64,000 bases of DNA, taken from contig NW_025964035.1 of the NCBI RefSeq assembly GCF_023055435.1, positions 868,001 through 932,000 on the forward strand, written 5' to 3'. The notes under the pieces are model-generated. The model ran no database searches. It saw only the letters and a program-made list of their open reading frames with translations, and was not told where the DNA came from. Of the stretch, positions 46,401 to 59,264 are shown in pieces. The position numbers were made by a program, and so were the translations under genes. This stretch comes from Haliotis rufescens. Its lineage: Eukaryota. The first letter of the stretch is position 1; every line of letters starts with the position of its first letter.

Positions 46401-47628
46401 TAATAGTCTTCTGTATGGTATCCAGCAGCAGCATCTGGATAGACTACAGCGTGTGCAAAACACTGCTGCCAGACTCATCACACGGAAGTCAATGCGTGAA
46501 CACATTACACCCGTCCTGAAAGAGCTGAACTGGCTACCTGTGAGACTCAGGATCGTGTTCAAGCTGATCATGTTTGTCTACAAATCGATCCATGGGCTAT
46601 CCCCAGTATACCTCCAGGAACTCACTGCCCTTTACCAACCTGGCCGAACACTGAGATCTGCAAACCAACTACAGCTTGCTGTTCCACCAACCAGCAGAAC
46701 AACATATGGCGACAGAACCTTCCGAAAAGCAGGTGCAACACCTTTAGATCAAAACTCAAGACCATCCTCTTCAAAAGAGCATACGACTGAGCGCTCTTGA
46801 GCAGGCAGTTGTCTGGATAAGTAGCGCTATATAAATGCGTAATTTAATTTAATAATTAATTAATTTAACAATTACAAACGTCATTAAATTGTTACTGGCC
46901 TGAAACAGTCGCCGAAACACTGCACAATAAAGGGGGCAAGTGCGGCCCTGTTGTCTAAGGCGCCGCGATTCGCTGTGCAGAATTGCTTCCCTTGGGCACG
47001 CCAGAAACCTATGATTGTGGGTTCGAATCCCGGTTCGCCTCGATAATGTTTCTTGATTTGTCAGCACCATACCCGTGCTCGTGGGTTTCACCGAAGTGGT
47101 AAACGTCTGAGACCTGCATCACAGAGCAGGCTTTCCTCCCACATTAAGCTGACACGCCGTGATACAACTGGTCTGCTGTTAAAAGCGGCGTAAAACCCAA
47201 TTCACTCACTCACTGCACAATTAAATTCCAAAACACAACTAAAATATATTCATCATCGAATAACCATTCCTTGTTTGTTTCATTTTCAGGACCAATGAAA
47301 CATAAGTGTATATTTTCTTTTACCCGTCAGTTCTTTTGTTAGCCTAGTAGTTATTGCTTTAATTTGCCATTCCGGGTTCGACTCCCAACATGGGCACAAT
47401 ATGTGAAGCACAAGTTTGGTGTTCCACTTTCGTCATTGCGTCTCTCAGGCTCGAATAAGTAAAACCTCACTCACTCACTCGCTGCTACCATTGCTGTCCT
47501 TCGACAGATCACTGCAGTCGCTTATGTGCTTGTCGTCCTATTGACATTGAGCTAAACGCAATTTCACGGCCTTGTTAAATATTTTCGGACTTACCCATGA
47601 AAGCGATCCAGATCATTCTCGGCCCCAT
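34495..47628 (-). CDS. Gene C: secreted 839-aa mucin-like Ser/Thr/Ala-rich protein with an unrecognised ~210-aa C-terminal globular domain. Coding exons 47595-47628, 44924-44953, 43885-43910, 42256-42865, 40242-41342, 39694-39772, 39008-39119, 38730-38788, 38573-38650, 38149-38272, 36135-36303, 34495-34592
   Basis: GT-AG introns with consistent phases (1,1,0,1,1,2,0,2,2,0,1); exons sum to 2520 nt. N-terminus: MGPRMIWIAFMVAVTVAHIDG-LHVVKR-SLVDGGTNEVSS... C-terminus: QKAQLSLEQIKELVQIYSLRPSNYGRFLEALQWQSTKMTFATLMEPISSGLVSINQRSCRSKHMSRCTCPKNFVLILLERIGDKRRRVITPVAATYQVVLNGGDCVPWNSFPFDRTLTWQGGRATIHFFNPDGRYAERCLGNPLTETDKECRFQIVIPNEIITAIDTPGFVVFNRIMHIQHLGDVHTIENMLSRGPEFMQREATINEFSSCYN*. The gap at 38831-39005 could hide a small exon. 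Confidence 0.75.
35333..35613 (+). mobile_element. SINE family 2
   Basis: Full-length copy. Confidence 0.88.
36135..36303 (-). CDS. Gene C exon 11 (globular domain)
   Basis: Acceptor gctttcatcaacacag, donor gtgagt; IHFFNPDGRYAERCLGNP...RIMHIQH; lies within ORF 36097..36351. Confidence 0.75.
36444..37012 (+). mobile_element. Composite SINE family 2 insertion with a captured 200-bp local segment
   Basis: SINE head + copy of 33781-33979 + full SINE, all inside one TSD (ctaaagaagca). Confidence 0.85.
37525..38180. repeat. ~55-bp GC-rich minisatellite derived from the gene C exon 10 end plus its splice donor
   Basis: Minus-strand unit ACCCTCACGTGGTAGGGGTGGGGTGGGGGATGGTCACG-GTAAG-AACAACCCTCTC, about 11-12 copies. 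Confidence 0.9.
38831..39005. other. Assembly gap (N run) inside gene C intron 7
   Basis: N run. Confidence 1.
40242..41342 (-). CDS. Gene C exon 5: Ser/Thr/Ala stalk with 30-nt (TGTNAITSSA / TATSASSASA) repeats
   Basis: ORF 40219..41193 extended to acceptor aattagctacag; donor G|gtgaaa; 1101 nt, phase 1-1. Confidence 0.85.
42060..42234. mobile_element. ~175-bp Tc1/mariner(pogo)-like MITE (other copies 53706-53881, partial ~23009-23185)
   Basis: TIR CAGTAAACTACGGTTATAACGAAC; TA flanks on the 53706 copy. Confidence 0.88.
42256..42865 (-). CDS. Gene C exon 4: Ser/Ala/Thr-rich
   Basis: Acceptor ttattttttattaag in frame with ORF 42149..42721; donor G|gtaaag just before a MITE. Confidence 0.8.
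44996..45499. mobile_element. MITE/foldback element with ~90-bp terminal inverted repeats
   Basis: caatctcattcaaatcagatcttagttttcgctaccgctaaacaaagatctgaggacatccc... is mirrored at 45410-45499. Confidence 0.85.
46060..46865 (+). mobile_element. 5'-truncated L2-clade LINE (RT C-terminal part and 3' tail)
   Basis: NFLKLNDDKTELL..., ARNLGVIIDSTLS, SRLDYCNSLLYG, LQRVQNTAARL...HITPVLKELNWLPV; tail gcgctatataaat followed by (taat)n. Confidence 0.88.
46931..47213 (+). mobile_element. SINE family 2
   Basis: TSD cactgcacaat. Confidence 0.88.
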
Positions 47629-48330
47629 TGTCAGATGATCTCTGCCCTTGGCCACTGCGATGCAAAAGATGGAGACAGCAGGATGTGTTTTGATTTTAAC
47701 TTACGTTACTTTCCACCCTTTGCGTGAGCGTATAAAGTGTCATCACGATTTCAATGCCACACTGACACTTTAAACAATAAAAATATATATATGTCACACG
47801 AGGTATCTTTTTCCCCATTAGCGTAAATAAAACCCATGAAATATAACTATTTTTGTTAATATTGTATTGTTTCTCATACAGAGCTGAATGTAGGTGTTGT
47901 AAGGAATGGTTTTAATAACGGTTGGATAACCTTTGAGACAAATAGAATGAAACGTAATAAAACTGTCGTGCCATGCTTAGGGTACTATTTAAGATGTAAA
48001 GTAGATGTAATGTTATTTTAACTGGCGTCACGCAGACCATGATGACAGGATCGCTTAATCTAGGAAGCGATTTGTCTTGGATTATGACGGGGTTGTGCTG
48101 TGTCTACGTGGAACGTACATGCACCTGTCTTTGTATAAGCACATGAACCTTGCACGATAGGTGCTGCTCCCATGAACCCATACAGTTTCTAGATGCTGCC
48201 TCTCACGTGGGCGCTGAGTCAATTCATTCACTTTCTTACGCCCAGAAACGATTGACATTGTATAAACGAACAGCAGAGTTCTACTGCGCTAGACTACAGG
48301 CCAACATAGGATCTGTTTGACGTGTGAATA

Positions 48331-48553
48331 CCCTGCCGGGCAAAAGAAAGTATACACCCATTGTGGCTAAAAATGAAATAACAGGACATAGTTATTTAAT
48401 AGTGATGTATCTTATACGGGTATCATAGCTGTGTTTTGGACCCTAACCTGGATGTTTTTCGGCAACTGTTTTCTGCCTAGCAACGTCTTGATAACTTTTT
48501 TAATTGTTTTGGTCAAATCCAATTTTCAAGTGTATATTTCTTTTGCCCTGCTG
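48331..48553. mobile_element. Tc1-like MITE (related copy ~25819-26025)
   Basis: Ends CTGCCGGGCAAAAGAAAGTATACAC / GTGTATATTTCTTTTGCCCTGCTG. Confidence 0.65.
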
Positions 48554-48759
48554 TTATTTATAGTGATTGGGTCAGGAAAGCGCTTCTTTGAACAGTATGT
48601 CGGTTAAATTAAGGAATGTCGGTATAAAGTGATACAGGTCTTGCACACTTTCTAACTGTATAGGATTATGCCACACCCAAGGGAAGAAACGGTGAATGCG
48701 CGATTTAGTCACCCGTGTCTCCGGTGCAGCATAGCTACTGGAGGCGTTGATGCTGTTTC

Positions 48760-49008
48760 GATTTGTTTGTTGTCAACGCCGCACTCAGCAATATTCCAGC
48801 TATATGACGGCGGTCTGTAAATAATCGAGTCTAGGCCAGACAATCTAGTGATTGACACCATGAGCATCGATCCACGTAATTTCGGATACGATGACATGCA
48901 TCAACCAAGTCAGCGAGCCTCACCACCCGTTCCCGTAAGTCGCCTCTTACGACATTTAGGGCATGCTTTGATTGCTGAAGAGCTCTTCTACCTCGGATCT
49001 TCACGGGT
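48760..49008 (-). mobile_element. SINE family 4
   Basis: Full-length diverged copy. Confidence 0.85.
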
Positions 49009-49504
49009 CGCACAGATACTGAAGACGTCAGTTCATCACCAAGTGAGCAAGCCGCAAGACTGCCAGCACAGACGTATCACCCTAATGGCAGCTGAATACA
49101 TATGCTACTCACAAAAGGTTAAGAAGCACCTGACTGTTTCATATTGCTATAGTTAATATGCCATATGCCATGCCAGATTAACAATAGTTACTGACGAATC
49201 GGGTGGTCCTCAACGTCTTTTGAAATGGTATAGATTTAATCACTATCAGGGCTCAACCCTATTGATTTTGATAGTAATAATAGTACTTTTCTGCAATCAC
49301 AAACCATAAGATGACACCTAAGTTACCGAAAAATGGGGTGTGTGGGTGTGGGTGTGGGCGTGTCTATGTGTGTGTGTTTTTTTTGGGGGGGGGTCTCCAA
49401 ATCTCCCATTGCCACGCTAAAGATCTGCTGCCCACATTTTGTCATTTTAGTACTCATATCAGACACAACGGTTCCAATGTGTAAGATGAACCAATCAGTC
49501 AGCG

Positions 49505-50562
49505 AGGTATCAAGCCGTCACACACGCAGCAAGTTAAGTGTCAAGCACAAACGCATATGCAGTCAGGGAAGTGTCGAACACAAGACACACATGCAGTCCG
49601 GGAAATATCAAGCACATTCACACATGCAGTCAGGTAAGTGTTGAACCCAAGACACACATGCAGTCCGGGAAATATCAAGCACATTCACACATGCAGTCAG
49701 GAAAGTGCCGAACACAAGACACACATGCAGTCCGGGAAATATCAAGCACATTCACACATGCAGTCAGGTAAGTGTCAAACACAAGACACACATGCAGTCC
49801 GGGAAATATCAAGCACATTCACACATGCAGTCAGGTAAGTGTCAAACACAAGACACACATGCAGTCCGGGAAATATCAAGCACATTCACACATGCAGTCA
49901 GGTAAGTGTCGAACACAAGACACACATGCAGTCCGGGAAATATCAAGCACATTCACACATGCAGTCAGGTAAGTGTCGAACACAAGACACACATGCAGTC
50001 CGGGAAATATCAAGCACATTCACACATGCAGTCAGGTAAGTGTCAAACACAAGACACACATGCAGTCCGGGAAATATCAAGCACATTCACACATGCAGTC
50101 AGGTAAGTGTCGAACACAAGACACACATGCAGTCCGGGAAATATCAAGCACATTCACACATGCAGTCAGGTAAGTGTCAAACACAAGACACACATGCAGT
50201 CCGGGAAATATCAAGCACATTCACACATGCAGTCAGGTAAGTGTTGAACACAAGACACACATGCAGTCCGGGAAATATCAAGCACATTCACACATGCAGT
50301 CAGGAAAGTGCCGAACACAAGACACACATGCAGTCCGGGAAATATCAAGCACATTCACACATGCAGTCAGGTAAGTGTCAAACACAAGACACACATGCAG
50401 TCCGGGAAATATCAAGCACATTCACACATGCAGTCAAGTAAGTGTCAAACACAAGACACACATGCAGTCCGGGAAATATCAAGCACATTCACACATGCAG
50501 TCAGGTAAGTGTTGAACACAAGACACACATGCAGTCCGGGAAATATCAAGCACATTCACACC
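49505..50562. repeat. 67-bp satellite, ~15 near-identical copies
   Basis: Unit gtgtcaaacacaagacacacatgcagtccgggaaatatcaagcacattcacacatgcagtcaggtaa; produces the ladder of 66-aa ORFs. Confidence 0.97.
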
Positions 50563-51702
50563 TGCTGTAAGAGAACTTTGAACCTATCCCGACGGACACT
50601 GAGCTGCATTAGCAGATTTTATTGGCGCCTCTCACGAATGACGCCTCTCAAGAAAATAAACACAACCGAGCAAGCCAGAGATATTAAAATGAATAATATA
50701 AAAAAACTTAAACTAAGTAAAGATGAAGTTGAAAATCTTGATAAGGAAATTAGCATTGAAGAAATTGAAACAGCAGTTCTGTCCATGAAACATAAAACGA
50801 GCACTAGTATCGATGGATATCTGGTCCTTTTGGAAGAAATTAGGCCCTTGGATTCATAGATTTATGAAGGAAACCTATAAAAATAACAGATTATCTAAAA
50901 CAATGAATAGAGAAATTATCACTTGTCTTCCCAAACCAAATAAAGACAGAAATCTAGTAAAACAACAGGCGCCAGATTACATTGCTAAATTCCCTTTATA
51001 AAATCATAAGTTATGCAAATAGACATGACAAACAAACAGGCTTTATTCCTTGAAGCTGTATGACTGAAAACATAAGCATACTTTATGATATTATCTTTGA
51101 AACTAGAAGGTTAAGCAGGCCAGGCCTACTGTTATTCCCTGATTTTGAAAAAGCTTTTGACACAGTCTCAACACAATTTATTGTACAAGTATTACAAAAA
51201 AAATTGATTTGGACCAAAAATCATTAAATGGATAAAGATTTTAACTACGTCAGCATCTGTTTTACAAAATGGGCATATTTCATCATTTTGTATGTCAGAA
51301 AGAGGATGTAGACAGGGAGACCCGGTTTCTCCCTGTCTGTTCCTATTTGTAGTCGAAATATTAGATACAATGATCAGGGTTAATTCTTACATAAAGGGCA
51401 TTACACTAAATAACGCAGAACTCAAATTAGGACAGTATTCTGACGATACACAAGTCTTTCTGAGGGGATCTGAAAATAGCTGCCATAGAAACATTAAATA
51501 ATTTCTATATAATTTAAAATGAATGTAGATAAGACAAAAGCAATCAAATCTGGCTAGGTGCAATGTCGGGAAATAATATATCTTTAGGTAATGATTTAAA
51601 ACAACACTGACATAAAGGAGATTTTGAAATTTTAGATATTTCACTAAACCCTGTTTAAAAGACCTATGGATGTTCAATACAAAGAAGCGATTGGATACTA
51701 TA

Positions 51703-52734
51703 CAGCTGCATCCCAAAAGTTTGTTCACTTCACTTTCTTAAAGTTAGGTACTGTGTTTTAATACCTTAGATTATTTTATTTTCCAATCTATTGTTTTTTT
51801 AGATATGCATACTAACCTTATATGCAAATGTGCCAAACGTAACCGAAATTTGCCAACTTTACATGTATATTTAGTTTTGTATCCATTTTCTAATATGTCA
51901 CCTAACAGTCGTCAGTAGGACGGAGAAGATTGTTTGCAGCATCAAAGCGTAAGTTATCATCTTTTCTATGCAGTAAGCTTAGTAGCTAACCTTTGGCCTC
52001 TGCAAAAGTGTCTGTCATAATTATTTCGAGATAAATGTTAACTTTAAATGCAGTTTAATTGATTTTTCGATACAATGTGCTTTTTGCATAATAATATCTG
52101 CCAATGTCACTGTTCTAGAGATAAGACTCTGCAAATCATTTCAAATTCTAGTTTAATATGTTATAATTTATTTGATTTAACTTGTAACGAAGGATGGCAG
52201 CGAGAAAGAGACGTAACCTGACTTTAGATGAGAGCAGGCAAATTGTAACCATGAGAGATTTGGGGTTTCCAAGGAAGACTGTGAAAAGAAGAATGAGAAG
52301 AGAATACGAATGTAGGGTGTCAATTAGAGGAATGATAAAACTCTATCAAAAGTACAAGACAACAGGCAGTGTTAACGACCGTGTAAGATCTGGCAGACCG
52401 AAATGTACTTCTGTACGAGAAGACAGAATAATCCGCAAAGAATGTCTAAGAGATAGGTATGCAACGCTCAACATTCTTCATGGAAAATTAAAGCAATCAC
52501 TGTGTAGAACAATCAGTAGGATGACAATCTCAAGACGACTTATGCTCTTTGGTCTAAAATGCCAAAGAGTGAATGCAGTCGTCACTGCTAAAGGTGGACA
52601 CACTCATTATTGAACGTTCTTTCAGAATAAAATGATCAAATGATAAAAATGTTTGTTGTTTTCTCTGTATTTTACTCCAAAGTTGGTTGTTTACAATGTC
52701 TTACTGAGGTGAACAAACTTTTGGGATGCAGCTG
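51703..52734 (+). mobile_element. Internally deleted Tc1 element (non-autonomous)
   Basis: Perfect 26-bp TIRs CAGCTGCATCCCAAAAGTTTGTTCAC with TA target duplication. ORF 52194..52613 has the HTH region (RSGRP..TS.REDR) fused directly to the C-terminal AVVTAKGGHTHY; the DDE domain is absent. Confidence 0.92.
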
Positions 52735-53123
52735 TAGACACAATACTTGCCAACTGGCGTAGAAGAAATTAAACACGAATAGGGAAAATCACAGTTATAA
52801 ATTTCTACTCTAGTACATATTTTCTCTACACTACCTTACCCACTAAAAACATTTATTCATGAAATCAAAACAATTTTATTTATAAATTTATTTGGAATGA
52901 CAAAAAGGAAAAGATCAAAAGAAAAAAATATGATTCGAGTATAAAGTGACGGTGGTATTAGAATGATTGACATTGAATCTTTTATAAATACTCTTAAACT
53001 GTCTACCTTCAAAGGATAATTAATATAGAACACAGGTAGCAATAACATCTTTCCCATAAGCCACACATTCTTACTCGGCGCTAATATAAATAATATTGGT
53101 GACTGCTTATCTCATATGGACAA

Positions 53124-53287
53124 GGGGCGGTCGGGTAGCCTACTGGTTAAAGCGTTCGCTCGTCACGCCGAAGACCCGGGTTCGATTCCAGACATGGGTA
53201 CAATGTGTGAAACCCATTGCTGGTGTCCCCCGCCGTGATATTGCTGGAATATTGCTAAAAGCGGCGTAAAACCATACTCAGTCAGTC
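53124..53287 (+). mobile_element. SINE family 1
   Basis: Full length, TSD tcatatggacaa. Confidence 0.92.
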
Positions 53288-53705
53288 ATATGGACAATCC
53301 TTATTGGTGAGATGTTTTGACTGCATGGGGCATAGGTTATAGAAAACATGAGTTTGATAATGATGATATAGAACAAATCATGGTTCAACCGCTCTAATTA
53401 ATCATCATTTTGTATCTTCATATATTATAAGGCATTGGTTGCATCGTGGTGTTCACTACATAAGAGATATTCGCAATGAAAATGTATTCTAAATTTGAAG
53501 ATTTTAAGATCAGATACAAAATTAAAGGAACAATTTTGGACTATCAAAAGCTGTAAACTGATATTCCTAAAGTTGTCGTTACAAACAGATCATGAAATTT
53601 AAGTGAACTAAGCATAAACAATGTTTGTTCTCACATTCTCTCAGATAAAAAGGGATCCAGGATATTTTATGACAAAATAATCACAAGCATTAAAGTATTA
53701 GAATA

Positions 53706-53881
53706 CAGTAAACTACGGTTATAACGAACTCAAAGGGAATACTAATTTCAGTTCGTTATAACCGTAGTTCGTTATAAGCATATATACAGCATAACTACAT
53801 CAAATGGTCGGGACCAAAAAAGTAAATCCGTTATATCCGTCAGTTCGTTATAAGCGTGTTCGCTATAACCGTAGTTTACTG
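53706..53881. mobile_element. MITE, same family as 42060-42234
   Basis: TA-CAGTAAACTACGG...CCGTAGTTTACTG-TA. Confidence 0.9.
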
Positions 53882-56800
53882 TACTGGTATGGTATTTTCT
53901 ACTTCCCTATTAATTGAAGAAGTTTTTGCCTACTACAGTAAATGTACTGTACGCTGTGGACTTTCAATATAGATTTATTTATAGAACAATCTACCAAAAG
54001 AAAGAATTACTTGTCCTAAACTTAGTTGATGATGATATTTGTACATTCTGTAAATGCTGTAGAGAAGATTTATCACATATTTATTATGAATGTGAACACG
54101 TCAAGGACTTCTGGTCACAGGTTGAAATATTTATCAACAGTAATCTAAATATTGAACTTGAATTAAGAAAACATACTATTATGTTTCGATATTGTACATA
54201 TGACCATGCAGTTAAACCTATTTTGCTGTCAGCAAAACGATTCATTATTTGCCATGTATGATTCAACAAATACCGTCTAATTCATAAAAAGATTGAGTGA
54301 TATCTGTCAAATTGAAAAATATATTGCAAACAAAAACAACAGAATGCACTGTTATCAAATGGAAATGGAAGCAACTGATTTTTACTCTCTGTCCATAGTC
54401 ACCATGCGTTCAAAAAATGGAAATGGAATAAAATCTATTTTGAAACAAAGTTAAGTATCAAGCACATACACATGTGCAATACGTGGAATATGAAGCCCAA
54501 ACACATATGAAGTATCATACACAGACACACATGCAGTCCGTGAAATATCAAGCACATACACATATCCTGTAAGTGAAGTTTAAAACACATACACACAAGC
54601 AGTCAAATGCCCAACACACTGAACTGCATGAGCAGATTTTATTGGCGCCTCTCACGAATATATCTAAGCCGGTACCTTGAAGCTTAAACACGAGCTGCCA
54701 TACGGTACGGCGACAGGAAGGTGCGGCTTCAGTGCATACAGTGATATTCATTTGGTCACCATCGGTGTCCACACATCTATATATAGTCCTGTTGACAATC
54801 TAATACAGAGACACGTGTACTGTTTTGTAGTACAATCTAGAAGGGCTTTATGGAGTCATTGTGTGGGGTAATATATAGAGCTGCTGTACACTGTATTGAT
54901 GTACGAGTCAGTGAGTGAGTTGGGTTTAACGCCGCTTTTAAAAGTATTCCAGTTATATCACTTTTGATATTTTTATATTTAAGGAAAGCCCGAAGTGATG
55001 CAGGTCTCAGACGTTTACCACTTCGGTGAAACCCACGAGCACGGGTATGGTGCTGACAAACCTAAAAATATAATCGGGGCTAACCAGCAATCGACCCCAC
55101 AATCATAGGTTTCTGGCGTGCCCAAGGTACGCAACTCTGCACAGTGAATCGCGGCCCCTCAGACGACTGTGCCACCCGTACCCCTGTATTGTACAGAGAT
55201 GCTGACAGATTTCTGTTCTTGTTACTTCGACTATTTGTAAGTAATTTCAATTATTTTCTCGTTACTTCGATTCTTTTCTCGTTCGATTATTATGTCTTTA
55301 TTTCAAGTGTTTTTCAAAAACTCGAAATTTCGATTGTTCTCTTGCTTCGATTATTTTCTCGTTGTTTCAATAGTTTTCTCGAAATTACGAGTTTTTGCTC
55401 GTTAATTCGAACGATTTTCTCGTCATTTCAAATTGTTCTGAGAAATCGAGAAATGTCGGGGGGAAAATCGAGTACCCTTCACTATTTGATAGTAATTCAT
55501 ATACCCATGCTCAAGGTATTGTCGGAATCGTACAGTGGTAGCTGCTATTACTAGAGATATCAAATGATTATGGGAAAAAAAAGCTTTGGTCACTTTATTT
55601 AATCATGTGTGAGTTTTAATAACTTGAATATTAGGCGAGGAGGATCCTTTTTGGAAAGTAGAAAACCTTTGACAAAAGTACACACGCGTAGATGTAAGAA
55701 ATTATGTTAATCTAATCAATCATATTGTAACACATTAAGCATGTAGAAAGATAAATCTCAATCAGACTTTCGAGCTTGAGGTGCATTTATATAGAATAAT
55801 TACTTAAAAGGTGTGGACATCTTTCAAATGAAATACAGTTTGAATTGAATTTTTGGGAACATTATTTTTATTGATCATATTGTCATTAAAAGAAAAACAA
55901 ACAACTAATTAACTTGAAATTGATGACAAATGTCCAATAAATGTTCAGTTTAAATATGAATGTGATTTTCATATACAGAAAGAGATATCACTTCAACCTA
56001 AAGATATGTTAAAAGTATAATTAACAATTGAGACGGTGATTACTGCAAATAGAAAGACATTGTTGACGTTGTACAATTACTATGACGATAATAATAACTC
56101 ATTTTTTTTCTTTTGTTCATGTTTTAATGTGAAATCCATCTGATGTAAGACTCCCTGTTTTATGTTCAAAACATGTTTTCATACTTTCGAAATACACTAT
56201 TTTCTTTTGTGCAAGCAAATATCATGTTTTGGATAATTGATAAATCCTGTTAATATATATTAGATGATGTTGTGTTTACTGTGTGCAATAACTACATAAT
56301 TATTATGTAATATCTGGCTATTGTTAACAATCTTTTCTAAAACAGTATGTTTTGTAATTCAATAAAATTAAACTTTCGAAATCTTATTTTACTTGCTGAA
56401 TAAGAAATATTTTGACAGAAGACTAACATATTTATTTATTTAAAATCATAGAAGTAACAATATAATTGAAACATTGGGCGTTGAGTCTATACAATGATTA
56501 TCTACACAGTCTAAACTTTCCATAGTTTATTTCCCCTTATCCATGGAGAAGAAGTCAAAAGAAATTTTGATGTGCTCCCTGCCACTTTTAACGGACAATG
56601 GTCTGAACAGAGCTGAAACAAGTACTCACTCACTCACCCAGCATATATATATACGATTACCTTATTTTTTTCTCCCAATACCGATTGGGATATCTCTCTA
56701 TATATATTAAAGTTAACATAATGGTATTTACAAATATCAAACTTTCAAAATTATTCCTGTATAAATATATATCTATAGTTTCCAATAATTTTTGAATAAA

Positions 56801-59088
56801 AGGAGTTGAAACACTTTATGAAAAGTTAATTGAAAATAATATCATATTTGGTCATGAGTATTAAGAAGTCCTATTTGAAATTCATTAGACTAGACACAAT
56901 TACGGGTATTATTTTCTTTACTCATCTCCAGGAACTTGTCAAATTTACTTTCCATATTCCACATATATTAGTGATTATGTTTAGGAGTTTAGTGTATGAA
57001 TAGTTTAGTAGTTGGTGGCTTCAGGTACAGTGCCAAGACGGTACAGAAGTATGTCAGAATGAAGGATAAATGTATTCTTGTTACACTCTCAACTGAAGTG
57101 TAACAGACCAAAATTGCACCTTGATTTTATTACGGTGTTTCTTCTTGACATATTGAAAGTAAACGAATGATTAATCATTATCAAGCCAATACAAAATTGT
57201 GATATATAGTCAACTTGTATTTGGCTTTCAAAGAAAGTGATGTCATAAGTAAACAATACATATTTTAACCTCTTTACAGGGATTTTGATTTACTGATTAT
57301 TTGATGTCTCTTTTTGTCTCATTCCAGTGACATAATTAAAACCTTTTTTATCTTGGTTTGATTGCTGAATTAACTTGATTCCTTTTCATCAGTTTTTTTA
57401 TTTATATCTGATTAATTTAATATTTAATTCATTTATATTTTGGAAGAACAGTGTCTTGTGTCAACTGGACTCATGGCAAAACTCGTACACTGAGCGAAAG
57501 AGCAAATGCACGGAAGTGCTGAATGTCATGCAGTAGATTTACGATACACATTTGTCTTTAAATACACTATCACTTTGTTTTGTCATAACCTCGGTGGCAT
57601 ACTGTAAGCCATGTGTAACTCGAAATGCACCATTTGATTTACGTCCGGGCTCCTGACAGCAAAATGAAAAGACCAGTGTGTTACAAGCACAATGTCGTTG
57701 GACGTCAGCACTAAATATGCAAAATCTTCTATTTTGGACATATAGGATACAATGTTCTAGTCAGTGGCCGACCATTTGATATTATTGGGCGATGGGGAGT
57801 GTGTGCTAGGGTCTTATCGAAACAAATCAACTGTCCCCGAAAATTCTTGAACAAAAATAATTATGCTTCCTTTTGTTGGAAGAAACAAAATCTGCCACAG
57901 TGTGTCAACATGACTTTAAAAAATATATATATTATTACAAATTTGGTCTCAACATTTCCCTCAATGGTCCCTAACATTTCAATCCATGGAGTTCCTGGTC
58001 ATAACTTGCTGTTTGCTCCCGATCAACATGCCGAAAGGATTAAAAAGGTCAATATTTGGCATCGAAGAGGCATCGCTCTACAGTCTTATGTTCATTTCAC
58101 ATTCATGCAGAATTGTATCATATATTTTTATACGACTGTTCGTTTTCTGAGTGGTTTATTTCTCTTCTCAACTAAACATTTTGTATCAAAGGTTAAATAT
58201 GTCATCGATCTGTACACCCATGAGTCATAATTATATTATATATATATATATTATATTTATTAGACTATGAACACCTATGACCTTTTATGTTATGTCAGTG
58301 TTTGACGTTTACATTTAATATTTTTAAAACGAAAAAAAATGCTGACAAAAATAATTTGGCTTAACCACAAAAATGTGTAGTTCACTGAAGATGGTGAATG
58401 TTGTGTAAGTTGATGGTTTGTGGACAGACAAGACTTTGCCCCTTTAAGGGAGATATCGCTTGGATTAGATCAAACGATATCTACGCTGTAGATATCGCTG
58501 CAATGAAATTACATCACAATGCTTTGCAGACCATTGTGACGTCACCGGTTACCATGACGTCACAATCAAATGACATCACTAATGGCGCTGCTACTGAAGC
58601 TGTTAGCAGTACTTTTTACACTGAATCTTTATCTCCCTTTAAATCTACGACTCCGTGGTGTAGTGGATAGGGCGTCTGTCCGGACAGCGGAATGTCGGTG
58701 GTTCGATCACCGGCCGCGTCATACCAACAAACAATAAAGTATAGTACTTGTTGTTACCCTGGCTGATGCTCGGCATTAAGAGGATGACCTTAGGACAGGT
58801 CACTCGGAGTCAGTACACTGTGTCTGAGTGGGATATTCAATTTAAACTGCGGCATGGTATCTGAAGTGGGTTAGCACTATAAATTGGCATGAGTCCGGAC
58901 TAGTACAAGCAGAGACACACACACGTCGCTATATGAGCGCAATAATCCTGCAAAGTCAAACCTCATTTCACCTCACTTCACTACATTCAAATTGCAGAAA
59001 GTCTTGAAGCGCTGACAGACACTTTTAGAGTTGTCTCCCCAATGATTGACCAATTAATAAACGAAACGTCATGCTATCTATTGAGTTC

Positions 59089-59094
59089 TTTATT
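59089..59094 (-). promoter_or_regulatory. Polyadenylation signal (AATAAA) of gene D
   Basis: tttatt on the + strand ~170 nt after the TGA. Confidence 0.55.
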
Positions 59095-59264
59095 ACAACT
59101 AGAGAGCGTACACACATTCAGTCATCTGGCTTTCATATAACGTCTGTAGCGTGATGTCGACCCATCACTGCTACGTATCACTGTGCTGTCATTGCCGTGG
59201 ACTTCAAGTCTTCCGGCGGCACTGACCGATTGACCCAAGTGAATGATTAGTGTAAACCGTAGTA

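Larger units (their letters stand above)
50640..54400 (+). mobile_element. Decayed L1/Tx1-type LINE ORF2, interrupted by a Tc1 element, a SINE and a MITE
   Basis: Motifs IITCLPKPNKD, DFEKAFDTVS, GCRQGDPVSPCLF, QYSDDT and C-terminal CCHC CTFC...H...C; many stops and frameshifts. Confidence 0.85.

Noticed and set aside
49538-50859. Ladder of 66-aa His/Cys ORFs, or a CRISPR-like array
   Set aside because: A head-to-tail 67-bp satellite with no unique spacers; the unit is not a multiple of 3 and the DNA is eukaryotic.
53124-53200. tRNA-Asp-like gene, and similar heads elsewhere
   Set aside because: These are SINE heads: multi-copy, followed by SINE body, tail and TSD.
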